64,000 nucleotides of DNA from Gemmatimonadales bacterium (GCA_965249575.1 OZ252244.1:3584001-3648000); one strand, 5' to 3'. Positions 50,320-61,971 are shown, counted from the stretch's first letter. Numbers and translations: made by a program. The notes: generated by a model not told the origin, from the sequence alone.

Positions 50320-50709
50320 TCAGTAGCCTTGGGGAGGTGGGATGGCGAAAGGGATGGAATGGGGTGGCGGCCCAGGAAGCTCCGCGCGTGCCTCTGTGCC
50401 CCGCTGGTGCGGCGGGACTGGGACCGTCGTTACGACCTGGCGTGGCGTGGCCTCATTCAGCGCCACGGAAGTGGGCGAGTGGCACGGACCTACACAGTCG
50501 CAGGGTTGGGGTGTGCCGGTGTGGTCGTGCTCCGGCGAGCGTTCAGGTGTGCCGCTCGACTGGTGCTGGTGGTGTCCTTGCGGCGGTTGACCTGCAGGCA
50601 GCACCTCGTGATGCGGACACTCGGAGCCCCCGCCGACCGCCTTCGCGCCAGAACCGGCGAAAACGAGCATCGTGAGGATCGAAATAAGCCGAAACAATCG
50701 AAGTTTCAC
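50320..50709 (-). CDS. His/Cys-rich, Pro-tailed small protein (DUF2946/CutF/CruR-like), copy 2
   Basis: TM/signal, ECPHH, HHQH...HDH, CDCVGPC; C-terminus PPHSIPFAIPPPQGY; start approximate. Confidence 0.7.
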   Translation of the reverse strand: MKLRLFRLISILTMLVFAGSGAKAVGGGSECPHHEVLPAGQPPQGHHQHQSSGTPERSPEHDHTGTPQPCDCVGPCHSPTSVALNEATPRQVVTTVPVPPHQRGTEARAELPGPPPHSIPFAIPPPQGY

Positions 50710-50830
50710 CTGAATATGTCTCGCCCGCACAATAGTTAACATTGACGGTAGCGGCCGAATTGCCGATGCGCAATCCCGGTGGTCGACCGCGGATGGAATG
50801 CATTCACTGTGAACAGGTTATGGACCGGAC

Positions 50831-51391
50831 GTGTACCGACTGCCCGTTGCTGATGTTCTGACCGCGCTCGAGGCCTTCGAACCCAATGGGAAGAACGAGC
50901 GGCGCAGCCGCGATCTGACGCTCGCCCTACTCCGTTCGTCCGATCGGCCCTTCGATCGCGGAAACTTCGCCCCTGGGCATGTGACAGCTAGCGCCGTCGT
51001 GGTTGCTCCGGATGGAGGGTCCGTGCTACTCGTATTCCACCGCCGCTTGGAGAGGTGGCTGCAGCCGGGAGGGCACGTGGAGCCAACGGACGGAACGATC
51101 CTGGGAGCCGCCACCCGGGAGCTTGCCGAAGAAACCGGGCTAGTGCTTGCGAAGTCGATATGCCCCGGTCCCGTGGGACTGGACGTCCATCGTATCCCTG
51201 CCGCTGGCGGGGAGCCACCTCACTTGCACCATGATGTCGTGTTCGGCTTTGTCGGGGGCCCTGATCCGTCGGGGCAATCGCCGGAAGGACAGAAGGTGGC
51301 GTGGTGCCCCGTGGCCGACCTCCAGCGTTGGGGGGCGGATGGCTCCGTCGTTCGATGCTCCGGGCGCGTGATCACCGGGCTTCGGGCTTAG
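50831..51391 (+). CDS. NUDIX hydrolase
   Basis: GHVTASA and the WLQPGGHVE...AATRELAEETG Nudix box. Confidence 0.92.
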   Translation: MYRLPVADVLTALEAFEPNGKNERRSRDLTLALLRSSDRPFDRGNFAPGHVTASAVVVAPDGGSVLLVFHRRLERWLQPGGHVEPTDGTILGAATRELAEETGLVLAKSICPGPVGLDVHRIPAAGGEPPHLHHDVVFGFVGGPDPSGQSPEGQKVAWCPVADLQRWGADGSVVRCSGRVITGLRA

Positions 51392-54059
51392 CCGCCGGAA
51401 CGACGGGACTCGACCTCCGGGAGTGCGGCTTGCGCTGCCGCCAGTTGGGCGACCGGGACCCGGAAGGGCGAGCAGGAAACGTAGTCGATCCCTTCCCGAT
51501 GGAAGAACGTCACGGAGCGAGGATCGCCGCCGTGCTCGCCACAGACTCCGATCTTGAGGCGTGGATTTCGTGCGCGACCCTGTTCGATCGCTTGGTGGAC
51601 CAGCTGGCCAACCCCGTCTTGGTCGAGCGTTTGGAAGGGGTCGTCAGCGAGAATTCCCGATTCGATGTAGTAGGGCAGAAACCGGCCCGCGTCATCGCGT
51701 GATAGACCAAACGTGGTCTGCGTGAGATCGTTTGTCCCGAACGAGAAGAAATCGGCTGCGCGTGCAAGCTCGCCGGCGGTGAGCGCTGCTCGGGGCAGCT
51801 CGATCATCGTTCCCAGGAGATAGCCGATCCGCTGCCCCCGATCGGAGAAAACCCTCTCGGCAATTCCGCGGACGATCGCTGATTGGCGCTCCAGCTCTTC
51901 CACATGCGCCACCAGTGGGATCATGATCTCGGGATAGACGGCTATGCCCTGACGTGCAACCTCGCAGGCGGCCTCAAACAGGGCCTCCGCCTGCATCTCG
52001 GTGATTTCCGGAAACGTGATCCCCAGCCGGCACCCGCGATGTCCCAGCATGGGATTTGCTTCCGTCACCAGATCGATGGCTCGGCGCAGGCGTTCGTGCG
52101 GAACGTCCAGTCTGTCTGCGAGCGCGACGACCTCAGCTTGCGTTTGTGGCAGGAACTCGTGGAGCGGGGGATCGAGCAGGCGGATCGTCACCGGGAGACC
52201 GTCCATCACGCGGAAAATCTCGGCGAAGTCCTCGCGTTGCATTGGTAACAATTTCAGCAGCGCTCGGCGCCTCCCCTCGAGGTCCGTCGCCACGATCATC
52301 TCGCGCACCGCGAGGATGCGGTCATCCCTGAAGAACATGTGCTCTGTGCGGCAGAGACCGATACCCTCCGCCCCGAATTCACGCGCACGTCGGGCGTCTT
52401 CGGGCGTGTCGGCATTGGTTCGCACCCGCAGCGTCCGAAGCTCATCGACCCATGACATCAAATGATTGAACTCGTCGCTGACGTTGGCGGTCACGAGCGG
52501 TACGCGGCCGAGCAGGACCCGGCCGGATGACCCGTCGACTGTAAGCCATTGACCTTCGGACAGTGCCCGACCGTCGATCTGAAGGGACTTGTTCGTTTCG
52601 TCGATATCGAGCTGTTTGCAACCGGCGATGCATGCCTTGCCCATGCCGCGGGCGACGACGGCTGCATGGCTCGTCATGCCGCCTCGTGCGGTCAAGATCT
52701 CTTCCGCCGCCACCATACCGTGAAAATCGTCGGGACTCGTCTCCCGACGGACGAGAACGACTGAGTCTCCGGACTCCGCGAGCGCCACGGCGCGGTCGGC
52801 ATCAAACACGATTCGCCCCGTTGCCGCTCCAGGCGAGCCAGGGAGGCCGGTTGCCAGTAGGGTGGCTGCGGCGTCGGGATCGACGGTCGGATGTAAGAGC
52901 TGATCGAGCTGAGTTGCCGGGATGCGTCGCACCGCTTCTTCCCGGTCGATGAAGCCCTCGTCGACCATATCCACGGCAATCCGTACCGCGGCTCGCGTCG
53001 TCCGCTTGGCGTCCCGGGTCTGGAGCAAGTAGAGCGTGCCGCGCTGTACGGTGAACTCGATATCCTGGGCGTCGCGAAAGTGATTCTCGAGTCGCTCGGC
53101 GATCTGCTGGAGTTCGCGAAGGGCATCGGGAAAGTAATCGGCCATTCGCTCGATGGGTTCAGGATCTCGGGTTCCTGAAACGACATCCTCGCCTTGCGCG
53201 TTCAGCAGGAACTCACCATACAACCGGCGCTCGCCCGTCGCCGGCGCTCGCCCGTCGAAGGGTCGCGCGTGAACGCAACCCCTGTGCCGGAATCGTTCCC
53301 CAAGTTGCCGTAGACCATGGCCACGACGTTCACCGCCGTGCCGAGTTGGTCCGGGATCCGGTGTACTTTCCGATAGTCCACGGCGCGTCGCGTCTGCCAG
53401 CTTTGGAACACGGCCTCTACTGCGCCCCAAAGCTGTGTCCACGGCTCTGTCGGAAATGGTGCGCCGGAACGACGCTCGACGATGCCCCTGAATTCCCGCA
53501 CGAGTCTCTGGAAAGCCTCGACATCGAGGTCGATGTCCCTCGACACCCCGTGCTTTCGCTTCACCCGATCAAGCACCGCCTCGAACGGATCGGTCCCCGC
53601 GTCAGCCTCGTGCGGTCCAAACACCACGGTCCCATACATTTGAATGAAGCGACGATAGGAATCGTAGGCGAACTGCGCGTTCCCCGACCGTTGTGCGAGT
53701 CCGAGGACGGTGTCGTCGTTCAAGCCGAGATTCAAGATGGTGTCCATCATCCCCGGCATAGAGACCGGTGCACCGGACCGTATAGAAACGAGGAGCGGAT
53801 TGGTGGCGTCGCCGAATCCCCGCGCGGTAGCGTGTTCGAGGTGCTGCATGGCCGTGCGAACTTCCGATTCCAGGCTACTGGGGAGTTGATGATCTCGTAG
53901 AAAGGCGCTACACACCCGAGTGGAGACAGTGAACCCCGGCGGCACGGGCACGCCGATCGCGGTCATCTCGGCCAGGTTAGCCCCTTTGCCGCCGAGCACG
54001 TCTGCCATCTCGGCGTTTCCGTCCGCCCGCCCGCTCCCGAAGAAGAAGACGTCGGGCAC
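51388..54059 (-). pseudogene. ppdK: Pyruvate, phosphate dikinase, frameshifted by a 17-bp tandem duplication
   Basis: LGGKGANLAEM, SMPGMMDT, GTGVAFTRDP; then NAQGEDVV, GGMTSHAAVVAR, GLCRTEHMF, FSFGTNDL and CGEHGG in another frame; CCGGCGCTCGCCCGTCG x2 at 53224-53257. Confidence 0.93.
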
Positions 54060-54066
54060 TATGGGA

Positions 54067-55467
54067 TCACGACGGGACGGAGTGGACCGCCGGGCGCGTG
54101 CCGGCTCCGGTCGATCGGGCTTCCGGAATCTCGGTTGGGTATTGGCCGGAGAAGCAGGCGTGGCAGAAACGGGTGGGGTCGCCCCCCACCGCCCGCAGCA
54201 TGCCCGGTAGCGATAGATAGCCGAGGCTGTCCACGCCCAGGTGCCCACGGATTTCGTCGACCTCGTGACTCGCCGCGATCAGTTCGTCCCGGGTAGGCGT
54301 GTCGATGCCGTAGTGGCAGGGCCCGGTGATCGGGGCAGACGCAACACGAAAGTGGACTTCGCGCGCGCCAGCCTGGCGGATCATCTGCACGAGCGCTCTA
54401 GAGGTCGTCCCGCGGACCAGGGAGTCATCCACCACCACCACGCTGTTACCCGCGATTACATCGGTGACCGGGTTGAACTTGATGCGCACCTTCGCCGTCC
54501 GGGAAGCCTGGCCGGGATTGATGAAGGTGCGTCCCACATAGTGATTGCGAATGAGACCATGTTCGAGTTTTAGGCCGCTGGCCTCCGCGTATCCGAGTGC
54601 CATTGCGTTTGACGAATCCGGTACCGAGAAGACGCAGCTTGCGCCGGGAGTCGGGTGCTCGCGGGCGAGTTGACGGCCAAGGTCCCGCCGGACGCGGTCG
54701 ACGGATTCGCCGAACACGGCGCTGTCGGGGCGGGAGAAGTAAATCAGCTCGAAAACGCATCGCTTGGGAGGCTTCGGTGGAAGCGAAGGCAAGTCGACGA
54801 TCCGCCCATCGACGATCTTCACCCAGTCGCCGGGGTTCAACTCCCGAATTACGCGGGCCCCGACGATATCGAGTGCGCACGTTTCGGAGGCTAGCACGTA
54901 GCCACCATTTAGTGAACCCAACACGAGGGGGCGAAAGCCCCGCGGGTCCACGATGGCGTAGAGCGTCCGGCCAATGGCGAGTAGCAGAGAGTAAGCCCCC
55001 TCGACGCGTTCGAGGGCGTCGAGGATCTGATCCTCGGGCTCCCGAGCGTCGGAGCGCGCCATGAGATGGACGAGCACCTCCGAATCGGAGGACGATTGGA
55101 AAATGGACCCACTGCGAACGAGGTCGTTTCGAAGGTTCGGGGCGTTGATGAGGTTGCCGTTGTGTGCCAGGACCAGGGACCCGCGGTGATATTTCGCTAC
55201 GACCGGCTGGGCGTTGGCGATCACGGAGCTGCCCGTGGTCGAATAACGGGTATGACCGATCGTGATATCGCCCTCGAGGCGCTCGAGCACATCGCGGGCA
55301 AATAGCTCCTGAACGAGTCCCATTCCGCGGTGCTCGATAACGGAGCCGTTCTTGCGTATCGCGACGATTCCGGCGGACTCCTGCCCCCGGTGTTGAAGCG
55401 CGTACAGGCCAAGGTAGGTTAGCTGGGCCGCGTCGGCGAGACCATACACTCCGAAGATGCCGCACAT
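54067..55467 (-). CDS. purF: Amidophosphoribosyltransferase
   Basis: MCGIFG, LQHRGQE, GHTRYST and VDDSLVRGTT motifs. Confidence 0.98.
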   Translation of the reverse strand: MCGIFGVYGLADAAQLTYLGLYALQHRGQESAGIVAIRKNGSVIEHRGMGLVQELFARDVLERLEGDITIGHTRYSTTGSSVIANAQPVVAKYHRGSLVLAHNGNLINAPNLRNDLVRSGSIFQSSSDSEVLVHLMARSDAREPEDQILDALERVEGAYSLLLAIGRTLYAIVDPRGFRPLVLGSLNGGYVLASETCALDIVGARVIRELNPGDWVKIVDGRIVDLPSLPPKPPKRCVFELIYFSRPDSAVFGESVDRVRRDLGRQLAREHPTPGASCVFSVPDSSNAMALGYAEASGLKLEHGLIRNHYVGRTFINPGQASRTAKVRIKFNPVTDVIAGNSVVVVDDSLVRGTTSRALVQMIRQAGAREVHFRVASAPITGPCHYGIDTPTRDELIAASHEVDEIRGHLGVDSLGYLSLPGMLRAVGGDPTRFCHACFSGQYPTEIPEARSTGAGTRPAVHSVPS

Positions 55468-55476
55468 GGTTGTCGG

Positions 55477-57759
55477 TCAGCTTGCTCCTTCTGGTACTAG
55501 GACGTCCATAGTGTTTCTCATGGCCCCGTCGTAAACCGCATGGAGCTCCATGAGATCCCATCGGAGGGTAGCCGTTTGCGTTCGGATCTCCAAGGGGTCG
55601 CGCTCGCTACCCACGATGCCGATTGGCCAGGCGGGGACACCAAACTCGCCCGCCAGGGAGACGACCGGGGTAGCGAGATCGGGTGGAACACTGATAATGG
55701 CCCGGGCCTGGTCCTCTCCGAACAGCAGCCCGATGTCTCCGATCGAATCCTGGATGTCCGCGAGGTCGACCCGTACTCCGACCGGGTCGCCGTACGGTGC
55801 ACCCATGGATGCCTCTGCCAGGGCTACTGCCAGGCCTCCCTCGCTCAGGTCGTGTGCGGATCGTACCAGGCGCTCCGACGCCACAGTCACTAAGAAGTCG
55901 ACGAGTCGGCGCTCTCGATCCAAGTCGACTGGGGGCGGTGCGCCCGCGACCGAATTCAACAAGTACGCCCAGTAGGCTGAGCCGCCCAAGTGGCCGGCCG
56001 TCTCGCCAAGCACGATGATTGCGTCCCCCGAGACGCGAAAGTGGGATCCCACGGCCTTTTCGACGTCGTCGAGGAATCCTACCATCCCAATCACCGGTGT
56101 TGGATCTATTGTCCCCGCAGGGCTTTCATTGTAAAAGGATACATTCCCCCCCGTCACGGGGGTATGAAGCGTACGACAGGCCTCGCTGATACCTCGACAG
56201 GCTTCACGGAATTGGTAGAAGACATGCGGCCGCTCCGGGCTGCCGAAATTGAGGCAGTTCGTGATGCCGATGGGGCGGGCCCCAGTGCAGGCCACGTTGC
56301 GGGCGGCCTCGGCAACGGCCGCCTTGCCTCCCTCGAAGGGATCCAGAAGCACGTAGCGGGAGTTGCAGTCGGTTGCGAGTGCGATACCGAGGTTGGTGTT
56401 CGGAATGCGGACCAACGCGGCGTCGCCGCCCGGACCCACGATGGTCGAGGCCTGCACCGTCGAATCATACTGTTCGAAGACCCACCGCTTGCTGCCTAGC
56501 GAAGGCGTTTTCAGGAGGCTCGGTAGCGCCTGGTCCGGCGAAGGGGCTGAGCCGCCCGGCCACCGCCCGCGCCGCTCTGCAGCGCCGCCGGCTTCCTCGG
56601 CAGGCGGCTCGTACACGGGGCAGTCGTCGACCAGTCTCATTCCCGGGATCTCCGCAACGACCTGGTCGCCGTGACGCACGCGGAAGAATCCGTCACCGGT
56701 CACGTGGCCGATGGACGTAGCCTCGAGCTCCCACTTCTCGGCGATGCGGCGCACGTCGTCTACGCGGTCGTGAAGCGCAACGACGAGCATGCGCTCTTGC
56801 GATTCTGACAGGAGGATCTCGTACGGGGTCATGCCCGGCTCGCGGATCGGGACTTGGGAGACGTCGAGCTCGACTCCCACCCGCCCGCGGGCGGCCATTT
56901 CGGCCGATGACGACGTCAGCCCCGCCGCCCCCATGTCCTGAATCGCAACGATGTGACCGGAGGCGATCAACTCGAGACTCGCCTCGAGGAGGAGCTTCTC
57001 GGTGAACGGATCGCCAACTTGTACCTGTGGGCGCCGTGCCTCGCTCGCCTCGCTCAGTTCCTCCGACGCGAACGAGGCCCCATGGATGCCATCCCGTCCA
57101 GTGCGGGCACCTACAGCGAGGAGGACGTTCCCCACACCGGACGCGACGGCTCGCATGAGGTCTTCCTCGCGCAACAGCCCAACGGACATCGCGTTGACCA
57201 GCGGGTTGCCGCTATAAGAATCTCCGAACGCGACCTCGCCCCCGACGGTGGGTACGCCAACGCAGTTTCCGTAGTCGCCGATACCCCGAACGACCCCCTC
57301 GAGCAGGTAGCGATTGCGGGCGTCGGTGAGCGGACCAAAGCGGAGGCTGTTGAGGAGGGCCACGGGGCGTGCGCCCATGGTGAAGATATCGCGGAGGATG
57401 CCTCCGACCCCCGTGGCTGCCCCCTGATACGGCTCAACTGCTGAGGGGTGGTTGTGCGACTCGATCTTGAACGCCACGGCCCACCCGTCTGCCAAGCGCA
57501 GGACTCCGGCGTTCTCGCCGGGCCCCTGGAGTACTTGCGCTCCGTCGGTCGGGAACTGCTTCAGGACTGGCCGTGAATGCTTGTAGGAGCAGTGCTCGCT
57601 CCAGAGAGCCGAGAAGATACCAAGCTCAGTGAACGTCGGCTCGCGGCCGAGAATCTCCCGGATCTGCTCGTACTCCGCTTCGTTGAGCCCGTGCTCGCGG
57701 ACCAACTCCGGCGTGATTGGGGGATCGCCGGGGTACCGGCCCGCCCCCGCCGGCTTCAT
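55477..57759 (-). CDS. purL: FGAM synthase subunit PurL
   Basis: [22 protein letters not shown] and SESQERM motifs. Confidence 0.98.
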   Translation of the reverse strand: MKPAGAGRYPGDPPITPELVREHGLNEAEYEQIREILGREPTFTELGIFSALWSEHCSYKHSRPVLKQFPTDGAQVLQGPGENAGVLRLADGWAVAFKIESHNHPSAVEPYQGAATGVGGILRDIFTMGARPVALLNSLRFGPLTDARNRYLLEGVVRGIGDYGNCVGVPTVGGEVAFGDSYSGNPLVNAMSVGLLREEDLMRAVASGVGNVLLAVGARTGRDGIHGASFASEELSEASEARRPQVQVGDPFTEKLLLEASLELIASGHIVAIQDMGAAGLTSSSAEMAARGRVGVELDVSQVPIREPGMTPYEILLSESQERMLVVALHDRVDDVRRIAEKWELEATSIGHVTGDGFFRVRHGDQVVAEIPGMRLVDDCPVYEPPAEEAGGAAERRGRWPGGSAPSPDQALPSLLKTPSLGSKRWVFEQYDSTVQASTIVGPGGDAALVRIPNTNLGIALATDCNSRYVLLDPFEGGKAAVAEAARNVACTGARPIGITNCLNFGSPERPHVFYQFREACRGISEACRTLHTPVTGGNVSFYNESPAGTIDPTPVIGMVGFLDDVEKAVGSHFRVSGDAIIVLGETAGHLGGSAYWAYLLNSVAGAPPPVDLDRERRLVDFLVTVASERLVRSAHDLSEGGLAVALAEASMGAPYGDPVGVRVDLADIQDSIGDIGLLFGEDQARAIISVPPDLATPVVSLAGEFGVPAWPIGIVGSERDPLEIRTQTATLRWDLMELHAVYDGAMRNTMDVLVPEGAS

Positions 57760-58073
57760 CCCGCGCGAACGCCCCGCACACCGCGCATGATGGCGGAGAA
57801 GATGTCACCGACGCCGCCCCCCTCGGTGCGTATCAGACGTTCAGCTTCGCCGGCATCGAACCATACACCGAGGCACTCGCGGCAGCGGTCCACTTCGATC
57901 CCCCGATAGTCCTCAGTCTCGAGGTTCGCGCCGCACTTCGGGCATTTCATCAAATGGCTCTGCCGTTCGGCGTCCTTCTCCGCTCGCTCGGCTGCCTCCC
58001 GCCGCGCCTTCAGGATCTCCGCCTCTCTCTTCGCGAAGTACTCTTCCTCATTGCGGCTGGGCTTGTCGCTCAC
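57756..58073 (-). CDS. TFIIB-type zinc-ribbon domain protein
   Basis: EEEYF...MKCPKCG...[16 protein letters not shown]. Confidence 0.85.
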   Translation of the reverse strand: MSDKPSRNEEEYFAKREAEILKARREAAERAEKDAERQSHLMKCPKCGANLETEDYRGIEVDRCRECLGVWFDAGEAERLIRTEGGGVGDIFSAIMRGVRGVRAG

Positions 58074-58622
58074 GAAGGCCCTCCAGACGCCTCGAAGTCC
58101 ACTACGTTCGCGACCGGTTCCCGGCCCGGCGGTGACGAAGACACGCCGCTGTACGTGTGTCCAGAGCCTCGAACAATGGCATCGACCACCTGCCCGCCCT
58201 CGAGGAAAACGACGTCATAAGTGCCGCAGCGGCGCTCGCAACCGTTCCGGTAGTTAGAGAAAGGTCCAGGCACCGTCACCTCGCTCGAGCACGGGATCTC
58301 CCCAGATCGACAGCACTTCTTCTCGGGTCATTCCGGGATTCACGATGCCGCTGAAATTGGGCGTCCAAGGCACCTCGTCCCCCACGCTGGGCGTCGCCGC
58401 GCGTTGATCGGCCGATGGAGGTCTAGGTGGCGGGGGAGGAGGAGCCTGCGACTGGACAGGTGGTGGCGCGGACTCGGGCTGTGCCGGAACGTCGGATTGT
58501 ACCGCACCGGCAGGCTCGGGAGTAGCAGCCGGCTCCTCCGGAGCTTTGCCGACGAAGGGCAGTTTGTCACAGCCAAGAAGCCCTGCCGTTAGGGCGATCA
58601 TGAGTAGCGCTCGCACGTTCAT
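58070..58622 (-). pseudogene. Pro-rich hypothetical lipoprotein, split by a +1 frameshift at ~58255
   Basis: Lipobox LLGC, then PGMTREEV...WTFL; TAAC in place of TAC, and removing one A rejoins YRNGCERRCG...; both ends overlap neighbouring genes by 4 nt. Confidence 0.7.
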
Positions 58623-59305
58623 CGCGTCCCTCCTAGCGAGAGTCCTACGCGTCCGACGAGTGACTCGAACACCTTCGCGCCCGCGCGCTCTCCGAGCACG
58701 GGGTCCGAGGCGCGCTCCGGATGCGGCATCACTCCCACGACGTTTCGGGTGGCGTTAGTGATGCCGGCAATGTCTCGAGCGGAGCCGTTCGGGTTGAGGT
58801 CGACGTACCGAAGGACCACCTGTCCCTCCGCTTCGATCTCACGAAGCACGTCTTCTGGTGCAACGAATCGACCCTCCCCGTGCGCCACGGGCACCGTAAA
58901 GATAGCACCCCGCTCGAACGCCGTGGTGAACGGCGTGTCGGTTGCCTCGACCGAAACCCGAACGGGACGGGAAACGAACCGCTGCCCCGCGTTGCGCACC
59001 AGCGCACCCGGAAGCAGGCCGGCCTCGCAGAGCACTTGAAACCCATTGCAAATGCCGAGGACCGGGCCTCCTGCCTGTGCAAGCTCCTTCACCGCGCGCA
59101 TGACGGGGCTGAATCGGGCGATCGCACCTGCCCGAAGGTAGTCTCCGTAGGCAAATCCTCCGGGGAGGATTGCCGCGTCCGCCTGCCGCAAGTCCGAGTC
59201 ACGATGCCACACGAAATACGCGTCCGCCCCCTGCTGATGGACCGCGTAGAGGGTATCGGCATCGCAGTTGGAGCCAGGAAATCGGACGACTGCTACGCGG
59301 GTCAT
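58619..59305 (-). CDS. purQ: FGAM synthase glutaminase subunit PurQ
   Basis: FPGSNCD, GICNGFQ, AHGEG and MPHPER motifs. Confidence 0.97.
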   Translation of the reverse strand: MTRVAVVRFPGSNCDADTLYAVHQQGADAYFVWHRDSDLRQADAAILPGGFAYGDYLRAGAIARFSPVMRAVKELAQAGGPVLGICNGFQVLCEAGLLPGALVRNAGQRFVSRPVRVSVEATDTPFTTAFERGAIFTVPVAHGEGRFVAPEDVLREIEAEGQVVLRYVDLNPNGSARDIAGITNATRNVVGVMPHPERASDPVLGERAGAKVFESLVGRVGLSLGGTR

Positions 59306-59559
59306 TCGGCCTCACTCACCGCAAACGTGAAGTCTTCCGTCACCGGGTTCGCAAGCAGGCGCTCGCACATGGCTCTAGTGTCCCGCTCGGCGGTCGAGCG
59401 ATCCCCTCGATCGAGCTCGAGTGTCAGCGCACGCCCGACTCGCACCGAGTCCACGCCGACGAAACCGAGCGACGTCAGTGCATGCTGAACCGCCGATCCC
59501 TGCGGATCGAGCAGTGATTCCCGAGGCATCACCCGCACTTCGGCGGCAAAGCGTGTCAT
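59302..59559 (-). CDS. purS: FGAM synthase subunit PurS
   Basis: LDPQG and LLANPVTE motifs. Confidence 0.95.
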   Translation of the reverse strand: MTRFAAEVRVMPRESLLDPQGSAVQHALTSLGFVGVDSVRVGRALTLELDRGDRSTAERDTRAMCERLLANPVTEDFTFAVSEAE

Positions 59560-59564
59560 TCCGA

Positions 59565-60404
59565 TCAGTTCCCTCGTCCTGGGGGTTCCCACCTCGCCCG
59601 CGGTGCCCGAATGTCATGGACGATCTCGGATTCCTCTGAATCCTCACCGAGCCCATCGTCGTCTCGCTCAGCGATCGCCACAACCGCAGCCCGCGCCAAC
59701 CCATACGACAGATACGCGATCCCAAGTGGAAAGAAGAAGATATCGCGCCGCCAAATGCCGAACCCCAGGATCGTGAGATTCGTGCCAAGGCCGATGAGGC
59801 CTCGGGGAGTTCGAAAACCCATCCGAGGCAACTTCGCATATCGCACCGTACTGACCATTGCGATGCTCAAGGCGATGGTCAAGAAGATGAGGATCTGCGA
59901 CCAAGGCAGGGTCGCGAGTTGGCTACGGTAGAAGTCCGTTTGCGAAAAGGGATAGTAGGTCGCGAGGGTCATCCCGGCCGCCGGCGAGGGAAGGCCGGAG
60001 AATCCGCTGTGCGGGGAGTCGAGGCTCCTGACGTTGTATCGTGCCAGTCGCAGCGCCACGCATACCACGAACCCGTAGGAGAATACCCACGCGAACGCGC
60101 CCAGGCTCTCGAGCAGGAGGAAATAGATGAGAAAGGAGGGTGCCACGCCGAAGCTCACGATGTCGACCAGGGAATCGAGCTCCCCACCGAAGCGCGATCC
60201 CGTATTGCTCATGCGTGCAAGCAAGCCATCGAGCATGTCCAGCACGCCCGAGATGACGATATACCAACTCGCCCGATAGAACTCACCTTGAGACGCAAGG
60301 ACGATCGACCAGATTCCGAAGAACAAATTAGCCAGGGTGAATATGCTCGGCACGACGACTACAATCCGTCGCACCCCGCGCCGCCGCCCTCGCACCGATC
60401 TCAT
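59565..60404 (-). CDS. pssA: CDP-diacylglycerol-serine O-phosphatidyltransferase
   Basis: DMLDGLLAR...GGELDSLVDIVSFGVAP CDP-alcohol motif, RLARYN; adjacent to psd. Confidence 0.93.
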   Translation of the reverse strand: MRSVRGRRRGVRRIVVVVPSIFTLANLFFGIWSIVLASQGEFYRASWYIVISGVLDMLDGLLARMSNTGSRFGGELDSLVDIVSFGVAPSFLIYFLLLESLGAFAWVFSYGFVVCVALRLARYNVRSLDSPHSGFSGLPSPAAGMTLATYYPFSQTDFYRSQLATLPWSQILIFLTIALSIAMVSTVRYAKLPRMGFRTPRGLIGLGTNLTILGFGIWRRDIFFFPLGIAYLSYGLARAAVVAIAERDDDGLGEDSEESEIVHDIRAPRARWEPPGRGN

Positions 60405-61048
60405 CTGGACCACTCGGCGAGTACGGTGGTCCCAGCCCGGGCACGCTCGCCGACGGTAACGAGCACGCGGGTGCTCGCGGGGACGAACAAGTCGACACGT
60501 GAGCCAAATCGAATGATACCCAGACGCTCTCCCTGTTTCACTGAAGCCCCGACAAGGTCGTCCGTGACGATGCGACGGGCAATGAGGCCGGCGATCTGTC
60601 GGACGAGGATGGGTCCGCCTGCCGCGCGGATCCCCAGTGACATCTGCTCGTTGTATTCACTCGCCTTGTCGAGCGTGGCGTTGAAGAACTTGCCCTCTCT
60701 GTAAGCGCGGTACTCGACGTCCCCCGATGCGGGATACCGATTGACGTGTACCGAGAAGACGTTCATGAACACCGAAATCCGAATCGCCGGACCACGGATA
60801 TAATCCGGCTCCTCCACGGCTAGCACGCTCACGATCCGTCCATCCGCGGGTGCAAGGAGCAGGTCGTCCCCGCGAGGCCCCGAGCGGGTGGGGTCTCGAA
60901 AGAACGCGACAACCCAGAGCGCGGCGGGCGCCCACAGCACCGCGGCGAGGGTCCAGCCACCTCCCCGTAGCAGCGCCAGAATGACCAGTGCGCCCAGCAT
61001 CCCGAAAGCCGCCGTGACGAAGGGGAGGCCCTCCGGGGCGAGTTTCAC
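60401..61048 (-). CDS. psd: Phosphatidylserine decarboxylase proenzyme
   Basis: [26 protein letters not shown] and the FGSRVD self-cleavage site. Confidence 0.96.
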   Translation of the reverse strand: MKLAPEGLPFVTAAFGMLGALVILALLRGGGWTLAAVLWAPAALWVVAFFRDPTRSGPRGDDLLLAPADGRIVSVLAVEEPDYIRGPAIRISVFMNVFSVHVNRYPASGDVEYRAYREGKFFNATLDKASEYNEQMSLGIRAAGGPILVRQIAGLIARRIVTDDLVGASVKQGERLGIIRFGSRVDLFVPASTRVLVTVGERARAGTTVLAEWSR

Positions 61049-61971
61049 GCGAGGGTGGGAAGTGTCTCACCCGTTATCCGCCGGTACGCATCGATGTAAC
61101 GCTCGCTGGTGGCGTCCACGACGCTCGGTGGAAGAGGGGGTGGAGGGGCCTCACCGTCCCAAGTCCCGCCCCGCTTCAGATCGTCGAGGTAGTCTCTCAA
61201 CGGCTGCTTGTCGAAACTCGGCTGTTTGCGTCCGGCCTCGTATCGGTCGGCGGGCCAGAACCTCGACGAGTCGGGAGTGAGCGCTTCGTCGATCAGGATC
61301 AGCTCCCCGGCCGCCGAGTGTCCGAACTCGAACTTGGTGTCGGCGATGATGATTCCTCGTTCCGCCGCCCCATCCCGTCCCGTCCCGTACAGCAGGCCGC
61401 TAGTCTCGCGGAGACGCCCGGCGAGCGCGACGCCCACCTCCGCGCGCAACCGGTGGAAGGTGATGTTCTCGTCGTGACCGGACTCGGCCTTGGTTGCGGG
61501 CGAAAAGATGGGCGGGTCGAGTGGAGCGCTTTCTACCAGCCCGGTCGCCAACGGTTCTCCGGCCAGCGTTCCCCGCTTACGGTACTCCGCCCATGCGGAA
61601 CCGGATAAGTATCCTCGAACCACGCATTCGAACGGGATTGGGTCGGCAGCGTGGGCGAGCATGGCACGCCCGTGCAGCATGGAGCGGTGGCCTGATAGAG
61701 CGGGCACCCGGGCGATGATCTCGTCGACATCCGCCGAGATGAAATGATTGGGCACGATGTCAGCGAGGATGCGGAACCAATAGGCGCTCAATTGGGTGAG
61801 AACCGCGCCCTTGTGAGGTACGGGCTCAGCCATGACAACATCGAAGGCGCTGATCCGGTCGCTGGTCACCACAAGCAACGCTTTGTCGTCGACCTCGTAG
61901 ACCTCCCGGACCTTGCCGCGACGCTTGAGGGGCAGGGGAAGCATGCTTTCGACTAGCGGAGTGGCATTCAT
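61045..61971 (-). CDS. purC: SAICAR synthetase
   Basis: [23 protein letters not shown] and TPDSSRFW motifs. Confidence 0.97.
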   Translation of the reverse strand: MNATPLVESMLPLPLKRRGKVREVYEVDDKALLVVTSDRISAFDVVMAEPVPHKGAVLTQLSAYWFRILADIVPNHFISADVDEIIARVPALSGHRSMLHGRAMLAHAADPIPFECVVRGYLSGSAWAEYRKRGTLAGEPLATGLVESAPLDPPIFSPATKAESGHDENITFHRLRAEVGVALAGRLRETSGLLYGTGRDGAAERGIIIADTKFEFGHSAAGELILIDEALTPDSSRFWPADRYEAGRKQPSFDKQPLRDYLDDLKRGGTWDGEAPPPPLPPSVVDATSERYIDAYRRITGETLPTLA

